Positions 26,981-40,329 of a stretch of 64,000 nt of DNA are shown here, piece by piece. The stretch's first letter is position 1; each line of letters begins with the position of its first letter. The position numbers and the translations under genes are program-made. Under the pieces are notes generated by a model. It worked only from the letters and a program-made list of their open reading frames with translations, did no database searches and had not been told where the DNA came from. Source of the stretch: Octopus sinensis (taxonomy: Eukaryota); contig NC_043011.1 in the NCBI RefSeq assembly GCF_006345805.1, forward strand, positions 11,842,001-11,906,000, given 5' to 3'.

Positions 26981-26990
<10 letters not shown>
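26632..26990 (-). mobile_element. Non-autonomous Helitron, second subfamily
   Basis: Same 3' hairpin + CTAG in the opposite orientation; different 5' body; 5' end lost in (TA)n. Confidence 0.7.
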
Positions 26991-27024
<34 letters not shown>

Positions 27025-27028
<4 letters not shown>

Positions 27029-27174
27029 AGAGTTTACGAAAAAAAAACAAAAGATAAAGACAGGTGGTGCACAAAACAAACATATATTAGTATAACGCTC
27101 AGGAATAGAAAAAGTCTTTTACGTTTCGAGCCTACGCTCTTCTACAGAAAGGGACACAGAAAAAACAAGGAGAG

Positions 27175-27180
<6 letters not shown>
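27025..27180 (-). mobile_element. Penelope-like pLTR fragment with minimal hammerhead-like motif (27116-27151)
   Basis: Minus strand CUUU-CUGUAGA-A-GAGC/GUAG/GCUC-GAAAC-GUA-AAAG; second copy at 37262-37420; (TA)n on both sides. Confidence 0.55.
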
Positions 27181-27249
<69 letters not shown>

Positions 27250-27390
27250 TCTCAGTTTCCGTCTTCCAAATTCACTAACAAGGTTTTAGTTGGCCCGTGA
27301 TTATAGTAGAAGACACTTGCCGAAGGTGCCACGAGGTGGGAATGGACACGGGACCATGTGGCTGGAAAAAACACAGCCACGCTTGCACCC
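27250..27390 (-). mobile_element. SINE family A, degenerate 5' part
   Basis: TCAGTTTCCGTC...AGAAGACACTTGCC. Confidence 0.6.
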
Positions 27391-27465
<75 letters not shown>

Positions 27466-27466
27466 A

Positions 27467-27497
<31 letters not shown>

Positions 27498-27500
27498 AAT

Positions 27501-27630
27501 GAATGTGTTTATAAAACATCTAACCCTAAAACAGATTGAAATGCAATAGATCGATACTAGGGTCAAAATTATGGGTGACAATTTCATATGACACCGCTAG
27601 AAAAAAATGCCGTTCAAACCGAAAAGATCC
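27501..27630 (+). mobile_element. MITE, right-end fragment (copy 7)
   Basis: Only the right TIR is present. Confidence 0.8.
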
Positions 27631-27934
27631 TTACTTTTTTCTCCCTTTGAAACCACATCAATCTCTAATTCTCATTCTCGTCCCCTCCTACACTAGTTTC
27701 ACTGTTCGTTCTCTTGCTATGCCTTTGGTTATCTCTCACTCGCCCCTAAGCCACACCTTAAACCTGCCATATCTCATTTTAATGTCTTGCGTCATTCATG
27801 TCTTCTGTCATTCTTAACGATCTCTCATATCCGCTATCGATACCGTTGTCATCCCACTACTACAGCTTCCCTTATGTACCTCTGATTTCTAACTCTTTCA
27901 CTGTACAACTCCCTCTTTTCACTGTTATACCTTT

Positions 27935-28236
27935 TGTTTGTTCCTTCTCGAGCCATGCCTGGCTCATAAGGGCCGGTTTCCAGGTGTCTTGGGGTATAGG
28001 TTCCCCACCTGGACGGGACGCCGGTCCATCACAGGTGAGCTGCAAGATGCAGGAGGAAAGAGTGAGAGAAAGTTGTGGCGAAAGAGTCAGCAGAAGTTCG
28101 CCATCACCTTCTGCCGGAGCCGCGTGGAGCTTAGGTGTTTCGCTCATAAACACACACATCAACCGGTCTGAGATTCGAACCCGCGATCCCTCGACCGCGA
28201 GTCCGCTGCTCTAACCATTAGGCCATGTGCCTCCAC
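27935..28236 (-). mobile_element. tRNA(Arg)-like SINE, family C (V-domain-like 3' part)
   Basis: Head GTGGAGGCACATGGCCTAATGGTTAGAGCAGCGGACTCGCGG...GGGTTCGAATC; paralog at 57408-58095. Confidence 0.8.
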
Positions 28237-28562
28237 CTCTTATACTTTCCACATCATCCGCCTATTTTCTTATCTGTCTGCCTTCTATTTCTCTAACCAC
28301 TTCTATTTCTCCAACCTTAACCTCCTTCTATTTCCCATCAACCGCACCTTCTCCTTTGTTCGTCACTCACTATATTCACTTCTAATTCTATCGCTATCCA
28401 TCAGTTACGATCTTCTCATATTCTTATGGAATTACCCTACTTACGATCTTCTTCCTCCCTCCAGCCTGTATATTCTATTATACTCACCTTCTTGTACCTT
28501 AAGAGTTCGCTCTGGTACCTTTCACTATAATCTGTATCTTCTTTTCAGCATTTCCTACCCAT

Positions 28563-28755
28563 ACTCTTTTATTCTTTTACTTGTTTCAGTCATTTAACTG
28601 CGGCCATGCTGGAGCACCGCCTTTAGTCGAGCAAATCGACCCCGGGACTTATTCTTTGTAAGCCCAGTACTTATTCTATCGGTCTCTTTTGCCGAACCGC
28701 TAAGTGACGGGGACGTAAACACACCAGCATCGTTTGTCTAGCAATGCTAGGGGGA

Positions 28756-28819
<64 letters not shown>

Positions 28820-28991
28820 CATATATACGACAGGCTTCTTTCAGTTTCCGTCTACCAAATCCACTCACAAAGCATTGGTCGGCCCGGGGCTATAGCAGAA
28901 GACACTTGCCCAAGATGCCACGTAGTGGGACTGAACCCGGAACCATGTGGTTGGTTAGCAAGCAACTTACCACACAGCCACTCCTGCGCCT
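28563..28991 (-). mobile_element. SINE family A, full length
   Basis: Full match to family. Confidence 0.85.
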
Positions 28992-29154
28992 ATCTTTATA
29001 TAGTGCGAGGTAATCACGCATCTTCTCTATGGTAAGAACCTGTGCTTGTTTTTCTGTGATATTGTAGACTCTCAACACTTGGTATACATCCACCATCACC
29101 TTCTCTCAAATACAAACCCCACTCTGTCAAGGGTGGTTTTTCCTTTCTGCTTTT

Positions 29155-29385
29155 AGTCTTATAAGTTATTTAGCGACCCGACTTCTGTGCGGTGGCACGA
29201 GAAAGGCATCCAGTATGCACTGTGAAGTGTTCGGGCAGTAGGAAGGGCATTCGGCCATAGAAACCATGTCGAAGACGTCATTAGAGCTCGATGCCGTCCT
29301 GCAGCTCGTCGGATCTTGTCAAACCGTTCTGTCATGCCAACATGGAACAACAGACAATGATGATTGATGATGATGATGATATACT
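29155..29385 (+). mobile_element. SINE or LINE 3' remnant ending in (GAT)n, RTE-type tail
   Basis: GGAAGGGCATTCGGCCATAGAAACC...CATGCCAACATGGAAC...GATGATGAT; recalled resemblance only. Confidence 0.45.
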
Positions 29386-29403
29386 AATTCATGTATATTT
29401 ATA

Positions 29404-29631
29404 TACTCTTTTACTCTTTTACTTGTTTCAGTCATTTGACTGTGGCCATGGTGGAGCATCGCCTGTAGTCGAGCAAATCGACCCCAGGATATATTCTTTA
29501 GAAGCCTAGTACTTATTCTATCGGTCTCTTTTGCCGAGCCGCTAAGTTACGGGGACGTAAACACACCAGCATCGGTTGTCAAGCGATGTTCGAGGGACAA
29601 ACACGGACACACAAACAAATACACACACATA

Positions 29632-29716
<85 letters not shown>

Positions 29717-29879
29717 CACGACGGGCTTCTTTCAGTTTCCGTCTACCAAATCCACTCACAAAGCTTTGGTTGGCCCGAGGCTATAGTAGAAGACACTTGC
29801 CCAAGGTGCCACGCAGTGGGACTGAACCCGGAACCATGTGGTTCGTAAGCAAGCTACTTACCACTCAGCCACTCCTGCA
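29404..29879 (-). mobile_element. SINE family A, full length
   Basis: Full match to family. Confidence 0.85.
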
Positions 29880-29938
29880 TTTGTAGGATAAGCATATATG
29901 CATATACACTTATACGTATAAACGTATATGTATACATA

Positions 29939-30060
<122 letters not shown>

Positions 30061-30372
30061 GCCTATATAAATGCATGTATGTATGTGTGCGTATACATAA
30101 TACATACATAATACAAATTTATAATACAGCTATTTTTAATATATATATATGCTATAAGTGGACAGTCGAAGCTGTTGGAAGTAGAAAAATACATGGTGTT
30201 ATTTTGTTACGTCCCGTTACGTTCACCCTTAGGCTTATTGTACTTATGAAATCATAGAAGCCAGTCGAAAACTTAAGTACTGGATTAATGACTTGTAGGC
30301 ATACACAATATGCTACAAGGCACACATAATATGGCACCCGTAATATGCTACAAAGTATATTAAACATTGTTA

Positions 30373-30610
30373 GTGTCTGTGTGGTAAGTAGCTTGCTTAC
30401 CAACCACATGGTTCTGGGTTCAGTCCCACTGTGTGGCACCTTGGGCAAGTGTCTTCTACTATAGCCTCGGACCGACCAAAGCCTTGTGAGTGGATTCGGT
30501 AGTCGGAAACTGAAAGAAGCCCGTCGTATATATGTATATACATGTATGTATGTGTGTGTATATGTTTGTCCAACATCGCTTGACAACCGATGCTGGTGTG
30601 CTAACGTCAT
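30373..30610 (+). mobile_element. SINE family A, 5' two-thirds
   Basis: Head and central region match. Confidence 0.8.
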
Positions 30611-30988
30611 CCACGAACTCATTGCTTAAATAGCCAATACAGATAGCAATAGGTTTGTAGATGATTAATGGGTTGGATGGGTTGGCTGGGAAGGAGCAAA
30701 GACTCACGAATTATGGCGTCTACGCCTGTTACCTATTACCTATTTTTTTCATCTTTGATCTCATTGTTAGTTTACCTCTGGTGTCTCGGATACGAAACGT
30801 TGAAACAAAATCAGTTTTGGCTATAATTTCTGCAGAAAATCTCCAGAGATGAACTTAACACATAAGTACTGGAGTGGGTGTAATTGAAGATCTTTTTAAT
30901 GGCAATGCTCTGAGTTGGATACTATTAAATGATTAAAACCAGTAAAAGAATATAAGAAAACTGACACTGACACTTCCCTGCTTTTATC

Positions 30989-31037
<49 letters not shown>

Positions 31038-31082
31038 TTCTCCTACTCTCTCCCTCTCTTTCTCTCTCTCTCTCTCCCTCTC

Positions 31083-31113
<31 letters not shown>

Positions 31114-31150
31114 GTCTGTCTATCTATCTATCTGCCTGTCTAGCTATCTA

Positions 31151-31181
<31 letters not shown>

Positions 31182-31195
31182 CTCTCTCTCTCTCT

Positions 31196-31230
31196 CTCCC
31201 TCTCTCTCTCTTTCCTTATCTATCTATCTG

Positions 31231-31291
<61 letters not shown>

Positions 31292-31292
31292 G

Positions 31293-31384
<92 letters not shown>

Positions 31385-31428
31385 CATCTATCTATCTATC
31401 TATCTATCTATCTGTCTATCTATCTATC
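31196..31428. repeat. (TATC)n microsatellite
   Basis: Direct reading. Confidence 0.95.
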
Positions 31429-31679
31429 TGTTCTCCTCTCTTAAGATTTCTTCCCTCCATATGTTTCTGATCTTCTAGATTTTCATTGTCATACGTTTAG
31501 AAGATATTCTATTGTTCATCAAGTAACACTAATTAATAAAGCGAGGCATTGTCTGTTGTCACCATTTCGGTAGCTTTACACACGTTAAACATTATCGACC
31601 ACTATAAAACTGACAACTAGAACCGAACGGGTGGCATCGATAGATTTATGGAAATACATACATACATGCATACATATGC

Positions 31680-31719
<40 letters not shown>

Positions 31720-31761
31720 ATTATACATATATTATACACACACACGTATATATATATATAC

Positions 31762-31800
<39 letters not shown>

Positions 31801-31830
31801 TATATATATATATATATATATATGTATATG

Positions 31831-31888
<58 letters not shown>

Positions 31889-32517
31889 TATATATATATG
31901 TACACACAAAAAACACACAAACACACGTATTCACACAAACATAGACATTATAAACATTTATGTAACTGTTCGTCCTTCAATGTGTATCGGATTTGCGCTC
32001 CTATATGTGTATTCCTTTATGTATGGGAGTATGCTGCTTTGTGTATGCATGAGTTCTGGACGCTTGTGCACGTGCTCGCGTATTGGAGAATTTTGAAAAG
32101 CCTTAAATGTAATTTCTAACACACACACACCTACATATGCACATATACACACACATATACATATATGAGATATTCATAAGAGCACACGTACACACACACA
32201 CATATAAGATATATGTGTGTATGTGTATAGGTGTACATAGATTCATATGCATGTCGCACGACGTCGCTAACTGGTTTTATTTATCGTTAAAAAGAACAAG
32301 TGGAGGACAATAAAACAGTAACTGAAACAAGTAACACCAACGAGCTAATCAATCAATTAATCGATGAATCAAGCGAGCAAGCAATCAATTAAACACAAAG
32401 AGCGAAACGAAACCTCACTCACACCCCGACGCCCACACAAAAGCAATCATGCAAACGAAACAACACCTCAAACATATTGTGATTAACTAAAGTATCAATG
32501 CTAACTTGTTAAACACA

Positions 32518-32580
<63 letters not shown>

Positions 32581-32995
32581 CCTACTCACAAACGTTTTCC
32601 TTTATTATCATCGTCAGTATTTTAATATCGCGTCCGCAAACAATAGCGACTTACACAGAAACGGCTGTTAATGAAAATTAAACGTAAACTCACATATGCG
32701 AACATTTGTGTACATGTGTGTATGTGTGTGTTTGAGAGAGAGAGAGAGAGGGAGAGAGAGAGAGAGAGAGGTGGGGAAGTGAGAACAGATTTGTATTGTA
32801 AAATGGAAGTCTGCTCGGCAAGACGATGCCTTTTATGTCAAGTTATAGAAAAGAAAGATCTTTTCTATTTGTTTTATTATTGCTGATATTATGTTGTTAC
32901 CCATACTTCCTAAAGAAATTACTCTTAATAGAGTTTAATTTTCTCATAGATGATGATCAAATCATTTTGCATCCACTTTCTTTCCTTCTCTTCCG

Positions 32996-33041
<46 letters not shown>

Positions 33042-33556
33042 TATTGCTTTTTTCTCCTTTATTTTTTTCCTATTGTCAAGTCTCTGTCACTCTTTCCCTA
33101 CCTACTCTCTCTCTCCCTCTTTCTCTCTCTCTCTCTCTCATTCTTTCTCTCTTTCTCTCTTTCTCTCTCTCTCTCATTCTTTCTCTCTTTCTCTCATTCT
33201 TTCTCTCTCTCTCTCTCTCGCACACACACACACATCCCACACACCACACACATATTCCTATTTCTTTCCCTTTTTTTTACTTCCTTTCCATCAGTACGCT
33301 TTCCTTAGTCCTTGATTTTTTTTAAAGCACTTCTTTCTTTCCTTTCTTCCCTTTATCACTTTTTTTTCTCCATTTCCCTTCCTAATGTATTTAGACCGTC
33401 TATTTGTTTTCTGTTATTTATCGCCGACATCTTTATATCGTTAGCCTTTTTCAAGAGGTTTGTAAATTAATGTATTTTAATGTTTTTGCACAATTCTTTA
33501 GAATTCTTAAGTTCTTAAGGTGTAAATTTCATATTAAGGTGTAATATTCATATTAC

Positions 33557-33705
33557 CGTAACTTAGCGGTTCAGCAAAAGTGACCGATAGAATAAGTACT
33601 AGGCTTACAAAGAATAAGTCCTGGGGTCGTTTTCTCGACTAAAGGTAGTGCTCCAGCATGGCCGCAGTCAAAAGACTGAAACAAGTAAAAGAGTAAAAGA
33701 GTATA
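33557..33705 (+). mobile_element. SINE family A, 3' fragment
   Basis: Ends AAACAAGTAAAAGAGTAAAAGAGTA. Confidence 0.75.
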
Positions 33706-33921
33706 TATTATATGCTTATCTCTTTGACACAATATGCAACGCATGTATTCACACCTGTGTGTGTATGTGTGTGCACGCACGCACACACACACACACACAC
33801 ATGTGGTGAGGGAAGCATGAAAGAGAAGTTGACAGTGATCCTTCCAAAAGAGACTAAAAGCTTAGAGTGGTGTAAGGACAAGCTTACACCATTCCCACCA
33901 AATATCATTTAAACAAAAATT

Positions 33922-34359
33922 GGATGTTTTCGGTTTGAACGGCAGTTTTTAGCATAATTTTGAGGTAACTAAAAAATTTTAAACTTCGTATACTGGTAGA
34001 ATGTGTTTATAAAACATCTTTTTCTCTTGGCTTTATTGAGAAAAATCTATAGTTTGTAAGATATTTGTTGTGTTTTTTCTTCAATTTCTGCAATTTCAAC
34101 CAATCAATTACGTCTACTGAGGTAAAAAACATTCTGTGCCGTATGAATATGTCCCTCGTTTAAGAAACAGATTGGGTTTATTTACATTTGTGAAGAAAAA
34201 AAAGATACCCTTCCCGCCACCCCTAACCCTAACCCTAACCCTAACTAACCCTGACCCTAAAATAGATTGAAATGCAATAGACCGATACTAGGGTCATAAT
34301 TATGGGTGACACTTTCATGACACCTCTAGAAAAAACTGCCGTTCAAACCGAAAAGATCC
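33922..34359 (+). mobile_element. MITE, Merlin-like, copy 8
   Basis: TIRs; flanks CAAAAATT/CCAAAATT (7/8). Confidence 0.9.
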
Positions 34360-34755
34360 CCAAAATTACAAGCTGACAAGTATAGACGATGCAGAACCGA
34401 AGCTGAAGACCTTAGTGACAGCTTTCTTGATTTTGAGTAACGTTATTAAAACACGATCTCACCGTGTTGTGTGATGGGGTAGCTTGAGCATTCTGTATTA
34501 GAATACGACAGAAAAAGGCAACGAGTAATGATGGAGACAGTAAGATTGTCGACTCACAGCAACAATATTAACATATCCGGTTCGATATTCTTGTTCGGGA
34601 CAACAAAATAAAATAAAAAATGCCCTCTCTTAGGAAATCCGTCTGATACTTGTTTGATTGGCATCGAGTGAATTTTCTCAAATGCACCAGAATTAATTTC
34701 GTAAAACCGCAGTGGATCTAATGTATGTTGTGTGTGAGTGTGTGTGTGTGTGTGT

Positions 34756-34796
<41 letters not shown>

Positions 34797-34840
34797 TGAG
34801 TGTGTGTATGCATATGTGGATATAGGTACATATATATATA

Positions 34841-35072
34841 GGCGGCGAGCTGGCAGACACGTTAGCGCGCCGGGCGAAATGCTTAGCGGTATTTCGTCTG
34901 TCGTTACGTTCTGAGTTCAAATTCCACCGAGGTCGACTTTGCCTTTCATCCTTTTGGGGTCGATAAATAAAGTACCAGTTTTACACTGGGGTCGATGTAA
35001 TCGACTTAATCCCTTTGTCTGTCCTTGTTTGTCCCCTCTTTTTTTTTAGTCCCTTGTGGGCAATAAATAAAT
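34841..35072 (+). mobile_element. SINE family B, full length, Tx1-like tail
   Basis: GGCGGCGAGCTGGCAG...CCCTTGTGGGCAATAAATAAATA. Confidence 0.8.
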
Positions 35073-36649
35073 ATATATATAGAGAGAGAGGGGAAAAGAG
35101 AGAGAAAGAGAGCGAGCAAGAGAGAGAGGGAGCAAGAGAGAGAGAGAGAGAGCGAAGAGAACAGCAATAAGCATCTAAATGAACACAGGAAAAATTAAGT
35201 ATGACAAATGTGCTATTAGTTTAATGTTTTATTGGAGTAAGAGAATATGTCGTTTCGAACGGTCATCTTTCATCAAAAGAAAAGAAAGGAAAGGAAAGTG
35301 TGTGTGCGCGCGCGAGTGTGTGTGCGTGCGCGCGTACGTGTGTGTGTGTGTGTGTGTGTGAGAAAGAGATTGGAAGAAAGAAATAGTGAGTGTATTAAAA
35401 AACAGAAAAGAATGACATATGAGGCTATCGACGGGTTAGAAACCAGCGGAGAATGCTGTTCTAAGGACAGGGTGATTAAGAAGGAAGAAGTGAGAATGTA
35501 GCTTCTTGTATTTGAGTGCATCCGTTCCTGGAAACCTGCATAAGTTGGAGCTGTGAGAGCAAAACAGTGCATGTATGTGTATAGATGTGTGAAAGCGTGG
35601 AAGTATGGTGGCGTTGTTTAGTGGGGCTATATACATGTATATATGAGTACAAGACATAAAAAAAAAAGCTTGAACACACTGAGAAACGAAAACATAAAAC
35701 AAAAACAGAGAAACGAACGTTTTTTCGAACAACGAAAAAACAACAACAGAGAAACGAGACATACAACATAAAGAATATTCCCCTTCTTCAGTTGTCTCTG
35801 TTTCAAGACGCGACTTCGTTGAAACAGTCCTTCCCGCAAAGCAAATTAAATAAACTTTGGGATTTTTTGCGGAGGTTGAAAGTGGTAACAAGAACAAGAC
35901 AGTGAGAACAAAACAGTAAAAACAATAAAAAAGTAAAAACAGTAAAAACAAACGGTGAGGGTTGTTAAGCCAAGACGATGGAAAAATTATTCTGAACGCT
36001 TAAGGAGACAGCTTATGAAAGAGACAGGGTAAGCTGGCCTGGTTTTGTGAAGATAGCAGTCGGAAAGATGGTTCCTCTCTGATCACGTGTCAGCGACGAG
36101 AGTGTCGAAGAGGAGTAAGAGAGATGTAACGGTGAAGGGGAGAGGAGAAGAATAGGGAAGGGTGGGAGAGAAAACCAGAAAGGATGAAGAACAAGAGAGG
36201 GAGAGAGATAAACAGAGAAGAAATAGTAAAGGAGAAGAGTGCGCATCATAATTATTAATATAAAACTTACTTGGAAAAGGATGCGTGGCATTCGATCATA
36301 TAATAATATCAATAATATATAAATATATGCATATGTACATACATATATGTACATACTTACATATATATAAATCTTTAATTAAATATATTCAATGAGAATA
36401 TTTAATACGAGCGATTATATATATATATATATATATATTAATAATATATTATTATTAGTATTAAGAAATCAATATCAGAAAACTTCTCAAAAAGATATAC
36501 ACGTGAGAAAAATAATTGTTGTATTAAAAATATATAAATAAATAAATATAAATATGTATAAAAAATATACGTAAATATGTATAAGTATAAATATATAATG
36601 CATGACAGTTTAAAAGTTTTGAATTAAGTATTTAAAGCATCTTACGCTC

Positions 36650-37140
36650 GTTTCACAGAAGTGTTGTCCCTATAATGAAATCCTATCTTGATAAGCATTT
36701 ATAGACAACCCTTCTGCTCTTCAGAGTTATATAATTTGAATTTTGTATAACATATCGAATGGGAGTTTGTTTTTTTTTAATTTGAAGTAATACTATAAAA
36801 TGGTGATAAAGATAAATTAATAATAAAAATTACTGCTTTTGATGAGAGTTTTTAAATCCATATATACTTCCTTGGTTATTCTTCTGCAATAATCCATAAT
36901 ACTCACAAGTAAAATCTGTTATATTATCTTGTATTCCAAATATAGTTCATATAGTTAGTTTAGAAATGTGAAGTTTGTATATACTTTAGTATAAGAATCT
37001 TGAAATTCATATATGTCTTCAAGGGAGCTTTGGTACTTTTTCGTGACGGAAAATACACCTTTTGTGGCAATTATAGCGAAATTGCTTTCTTATATCAGAG
37101 TAATAAGGCGTTTCAATAGAACATCTTTACCCCTGGGAAT
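36650..37140 (-). mobile_element. Possible degraded Penelope GIY-YIG C-terminal remnant
   Basis: Fragmentary frames resembling FRHEKY...IYE and TLL..ER; very degraded. Confidence 0.2.
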
Positions 37141-37149
37141 TACCGGGTA

Positions 37150-37420
37150 CACCAGCTAGTATGTATATATATATATATCTTGTTATCTCCCCTACTTTCC
37201 TTCTTGTGTTTGACCTTTCTGTCCGGCACTAGTCGCCATGATAGATCGTTAGCCACTACACACATTTTTTTCTCTCCTTGTTTTTTTTGTGTCCCTTTCT
37301 GTAGAAGAGCGTAGGCTCGAAACATAAAAGACTTTTTCTGTTCCTGAGCGTTATACTAATACATCTGTTTGTTTTGTACTCCACCTGTCTTCGTCTTTTG
37401 TTTTTTTCGTAAACTCTCTC
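37150..37420 (+). mobile_element. Penelope-like pLTR fragment with minimal hammerhead-like motif (37295-37330)
   Basis: CUUU-CUGUAGA-A-GAGC/GUAG/GCUC-GAAAC-AUA-AAAG; paralog of 27025-27180. Confidence 0.55.
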
Positions 37421-37427
37421 CCACCCC

Positions 37428-37488
<61 letters not shown>

Positions 37489-37490
<2 letters not shown>

Positions 37491-37533
37491 GCTGAATCCT
37501 TGGCATCATGTTTTTATTTTGATCAATTTACTT

Positions 37534-37619
<86 letters not shown>

Positions 37620-38173
37620 TAATGCCTCATTTTACAAAGACCTGCTTCACGACTCCCCGAGTTTACGAGTTTTATTTTTCAAGCACAATATCCAAATTTT
37701 GAGCGAAGCGGAAAAGTTTCTACTACCGTAACAAATGTTTCTGCGTGCTACTGAGAAATTTATAAAGAGCGAAAAAAGCTTCTTCTAAGCAAACAACTCT
37801 GGACTTGTTTTTCAAAATGAAATCTACAAGCCCGTTTACAATTGCTTGTGAATAGGCGATCGCATCTACAAGTGATGGTGTGCGCGAGTGAAAGTGATTC
37901 AGAAAACAATAATAATTATAGTATTTTTATTATAAATAATTTTGACATTCTTTTTACTTTACATAAAATGTTATTTATATTCTACTGTGGTTTTATTGCC
38001 ATTTATTTACGAGTATTATAAATTTTATGGGTAAAATATTTTTCTGCAAATAAATTGCGATTTTTAACATTGCTACTATGGGAAATTATTATTCTGCTTT
38101 ACAAGCGGCCTCTGGGAGCAAATTAACTCGTATATCGAGGCATTACTGTATGTATGTATGTATGTATGTATGT

Positions 38174-38234
<61 letters not shown>

Positions 38235-38497
38235 CGTGTGTGTGTGTGTGCGTGCGTGTGTGCGTGTGCGTGCGTGCGTGTGTGTGTGTATGTTTGAATG
38301 TCTGCTTGTGCCCCCCCCCCCCACTATCGTTTGACAACTGATGTTGGTGTGTTTACGTCCCCATAAGTTAGCGGTTCGGCATAAGAGACCGATAGAATAA
38401 GTACTAGGCTTACAAAGAATAAGTCCTGCGGTCGATTTGTTCGACTGAATTTCGGCACTCTAGCATGGCCGCAGTGAAATGACTGAAACGAATAAAA

Positions 38498-38556
<59 letters not shown>

Positions 38557-38598
38557 GCTGAATCCTTGGCATCATGTTTTTATTTGATCAATTTACTT

Positions 38599-38668
<70 letters not shown>

Positions 38669-39219
38669 TAATGCCTCATTTTACAAAGACCTGCTTCACG
38701 ACTCCCCGAGTTTACGAGTTTTATTTTTCAAGCACAATATCCAAATTTTGAGCGAAGCGGAAAAGTTTCTACTACCGTAACAAATGTTTCTGCGTGCTAC
38801 TGAGAAATTTATAAAGAGCGAAAAAAAGCTTCTTCTAAGCAAACAACTCTGGACTTGTTTTTCAAAATGAAATCTACAAGCCCGTTTACAATTGCTTGTG
38901 AATAGGCGATCGCATCTACAAGTGATGGTGTGCGCGAGTGAAAGTGATTCAGAAAACAATAATAATTATAGTATTTTTATTATAAATAATTTTGACATTC
39001 TTTTTACTTTACATAAAATGTTATTTATATTCTACTGTGGTTTTATTGCCATTTATTTACGAGTATTATAAATTTTATGGGTAAAATATTTTTCTGCAAA
39101 TAAATTGCGATTTTTAACATTGCTACTATGGGAAATTATTATTCTGCTTTACAAGCGGCCTCTGGGAGCAAATTAACTCGTATATCGAGGCATTACTGTA
39201 TGTATGTATGTATGTATGT

Positions 39220-39280
<61 letters not shown>

Positions 39281-39541
39281 CGTGTGTGTGTGTGTGTGCG
39301 TGCGTGTGTGCGTGTGCGTGCGTGCGTGTGTGTGTGTATGTTTGAATGTCTGCTTGTGCCCCCCCCCACTATCGTTTGACAACTGATGTTGGTGTGTTTA
39401 CGTCCCCATAAGTTAGCGGTTCGGCATAAGAGACCGATAGAATAAGTACTAGGCTTACAAAGAATAAGTCCTGCGGTCGATTTGTTCGACTGAATTTCGG
39501 CACTCTAGCATGGCCGCAGTGAAATGACTGAAACGAATAAA

Positions 39542-39620
<79 letters not shown>
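37489..39620 (+). repeat. Tandem duplication, unit ~1066 bp (37489-38554 / 38555-39620), junctions in (TA)n; each unit includes a SINE A 3' half
   Basis: Units appear identical except for microsatellite and homopolymer lengths. Confidence 0.9.
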
Positions 39621-39624
<4 letters not shown>

Positions 39625-40285
39625 ATATCTAATGAGGATAAAATTTCTTTCGAAAAAAATTTTATCAATGGCCAGCATATTAAAAAATACCTTAAACGGT
39701 TAAATTTATAAACAATTCATAAATGAGGGCAAAGGAAAAAATTTCTAATGCCAAATATGCCGAAAAATTGGACATATTGTCCATGAACCATATAATTTTT
39801 TCACAATACGCACGCTACTCGAAAAAAGGTCGACAGACATTTCTAAAAAATGCCATTATTACCATATCGGACCGGTTTCAGAGTTAGCTACTAAGAGCCC
39901 TCTCTTCGTCAGTGGTACATGTGGCAAAAGAAATAAATGAGATACCTACTCATACCCATGGAAGAAGCAAACACTAAGTCATGAGCACAACTAAATACCC
40001 CAAATACATCCAAAATAGAAATACTCCAGCCCATTCGAGACACGTGCGATTTGAACTGAGGCTCTCACAGAGTGAGATAGTTCGGAAGTGAACGCTTAAA
40101 TTTATATCTAATGAGGATAAAATTTCTTTCGAAAAAAATATTTTTTCGAAAAAAAATTTATCAATGGCCAGCATATTAAAAAATACCTTAAACGGTTAAA
40201 TTTATAAACAATTCATAAATTGGACAATATGCCAATTTTTCGGCATATTTGGCATTAGAAATTTTTTCCTTTGCCCTCATTTATG

Positions 40286-40289
<4 letters not shown>
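39621..40289 (-). mobile_element. ORF-less hammerhead-bearing Penelope/retrozyme-like element (~479-nt permuted monomer + 5' inversion)
   Basis: Direct repeat 39621-39724/40099-40220; 40221-40289 is the inverse of 39714-39783; hammerhead core inside; (TA)n on both sides. Confidence 0.7.
39851..39925 (-). ncRNA. Type I hammerhead ribozyme, canonical core, bulged or damaged stem I
   Basis: CUGACGA-AGAG...CUCU-GAAAC-CG-GUC; UACCA/UGGUA and GCCA/UGGC pairings offset by a 5-nt bulge next to the cleavage site. Confidence 0.65.

Positions 40290-40325
<36 letters not shown>

Positions 40326-40329
<4 letters not shown>

Noticed and set aside
28150-28236. tRNA-Arg-like sequences (also 57920-58095) as tRNA genes
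   Set aside because: They are SINE heads continuing into SINE bodies; no complete acceptor stem evident.
30776-30829. Possible 54-nt minus-strand micro-exon (AG...GT, IIAKTDFVSTFRIRDTR); similar candidates at ~13509 and a donor-like site at ~36027
   Set aside because: Only splice-like dinucleotides and short open frames; no recognisable homology, expected by chance.
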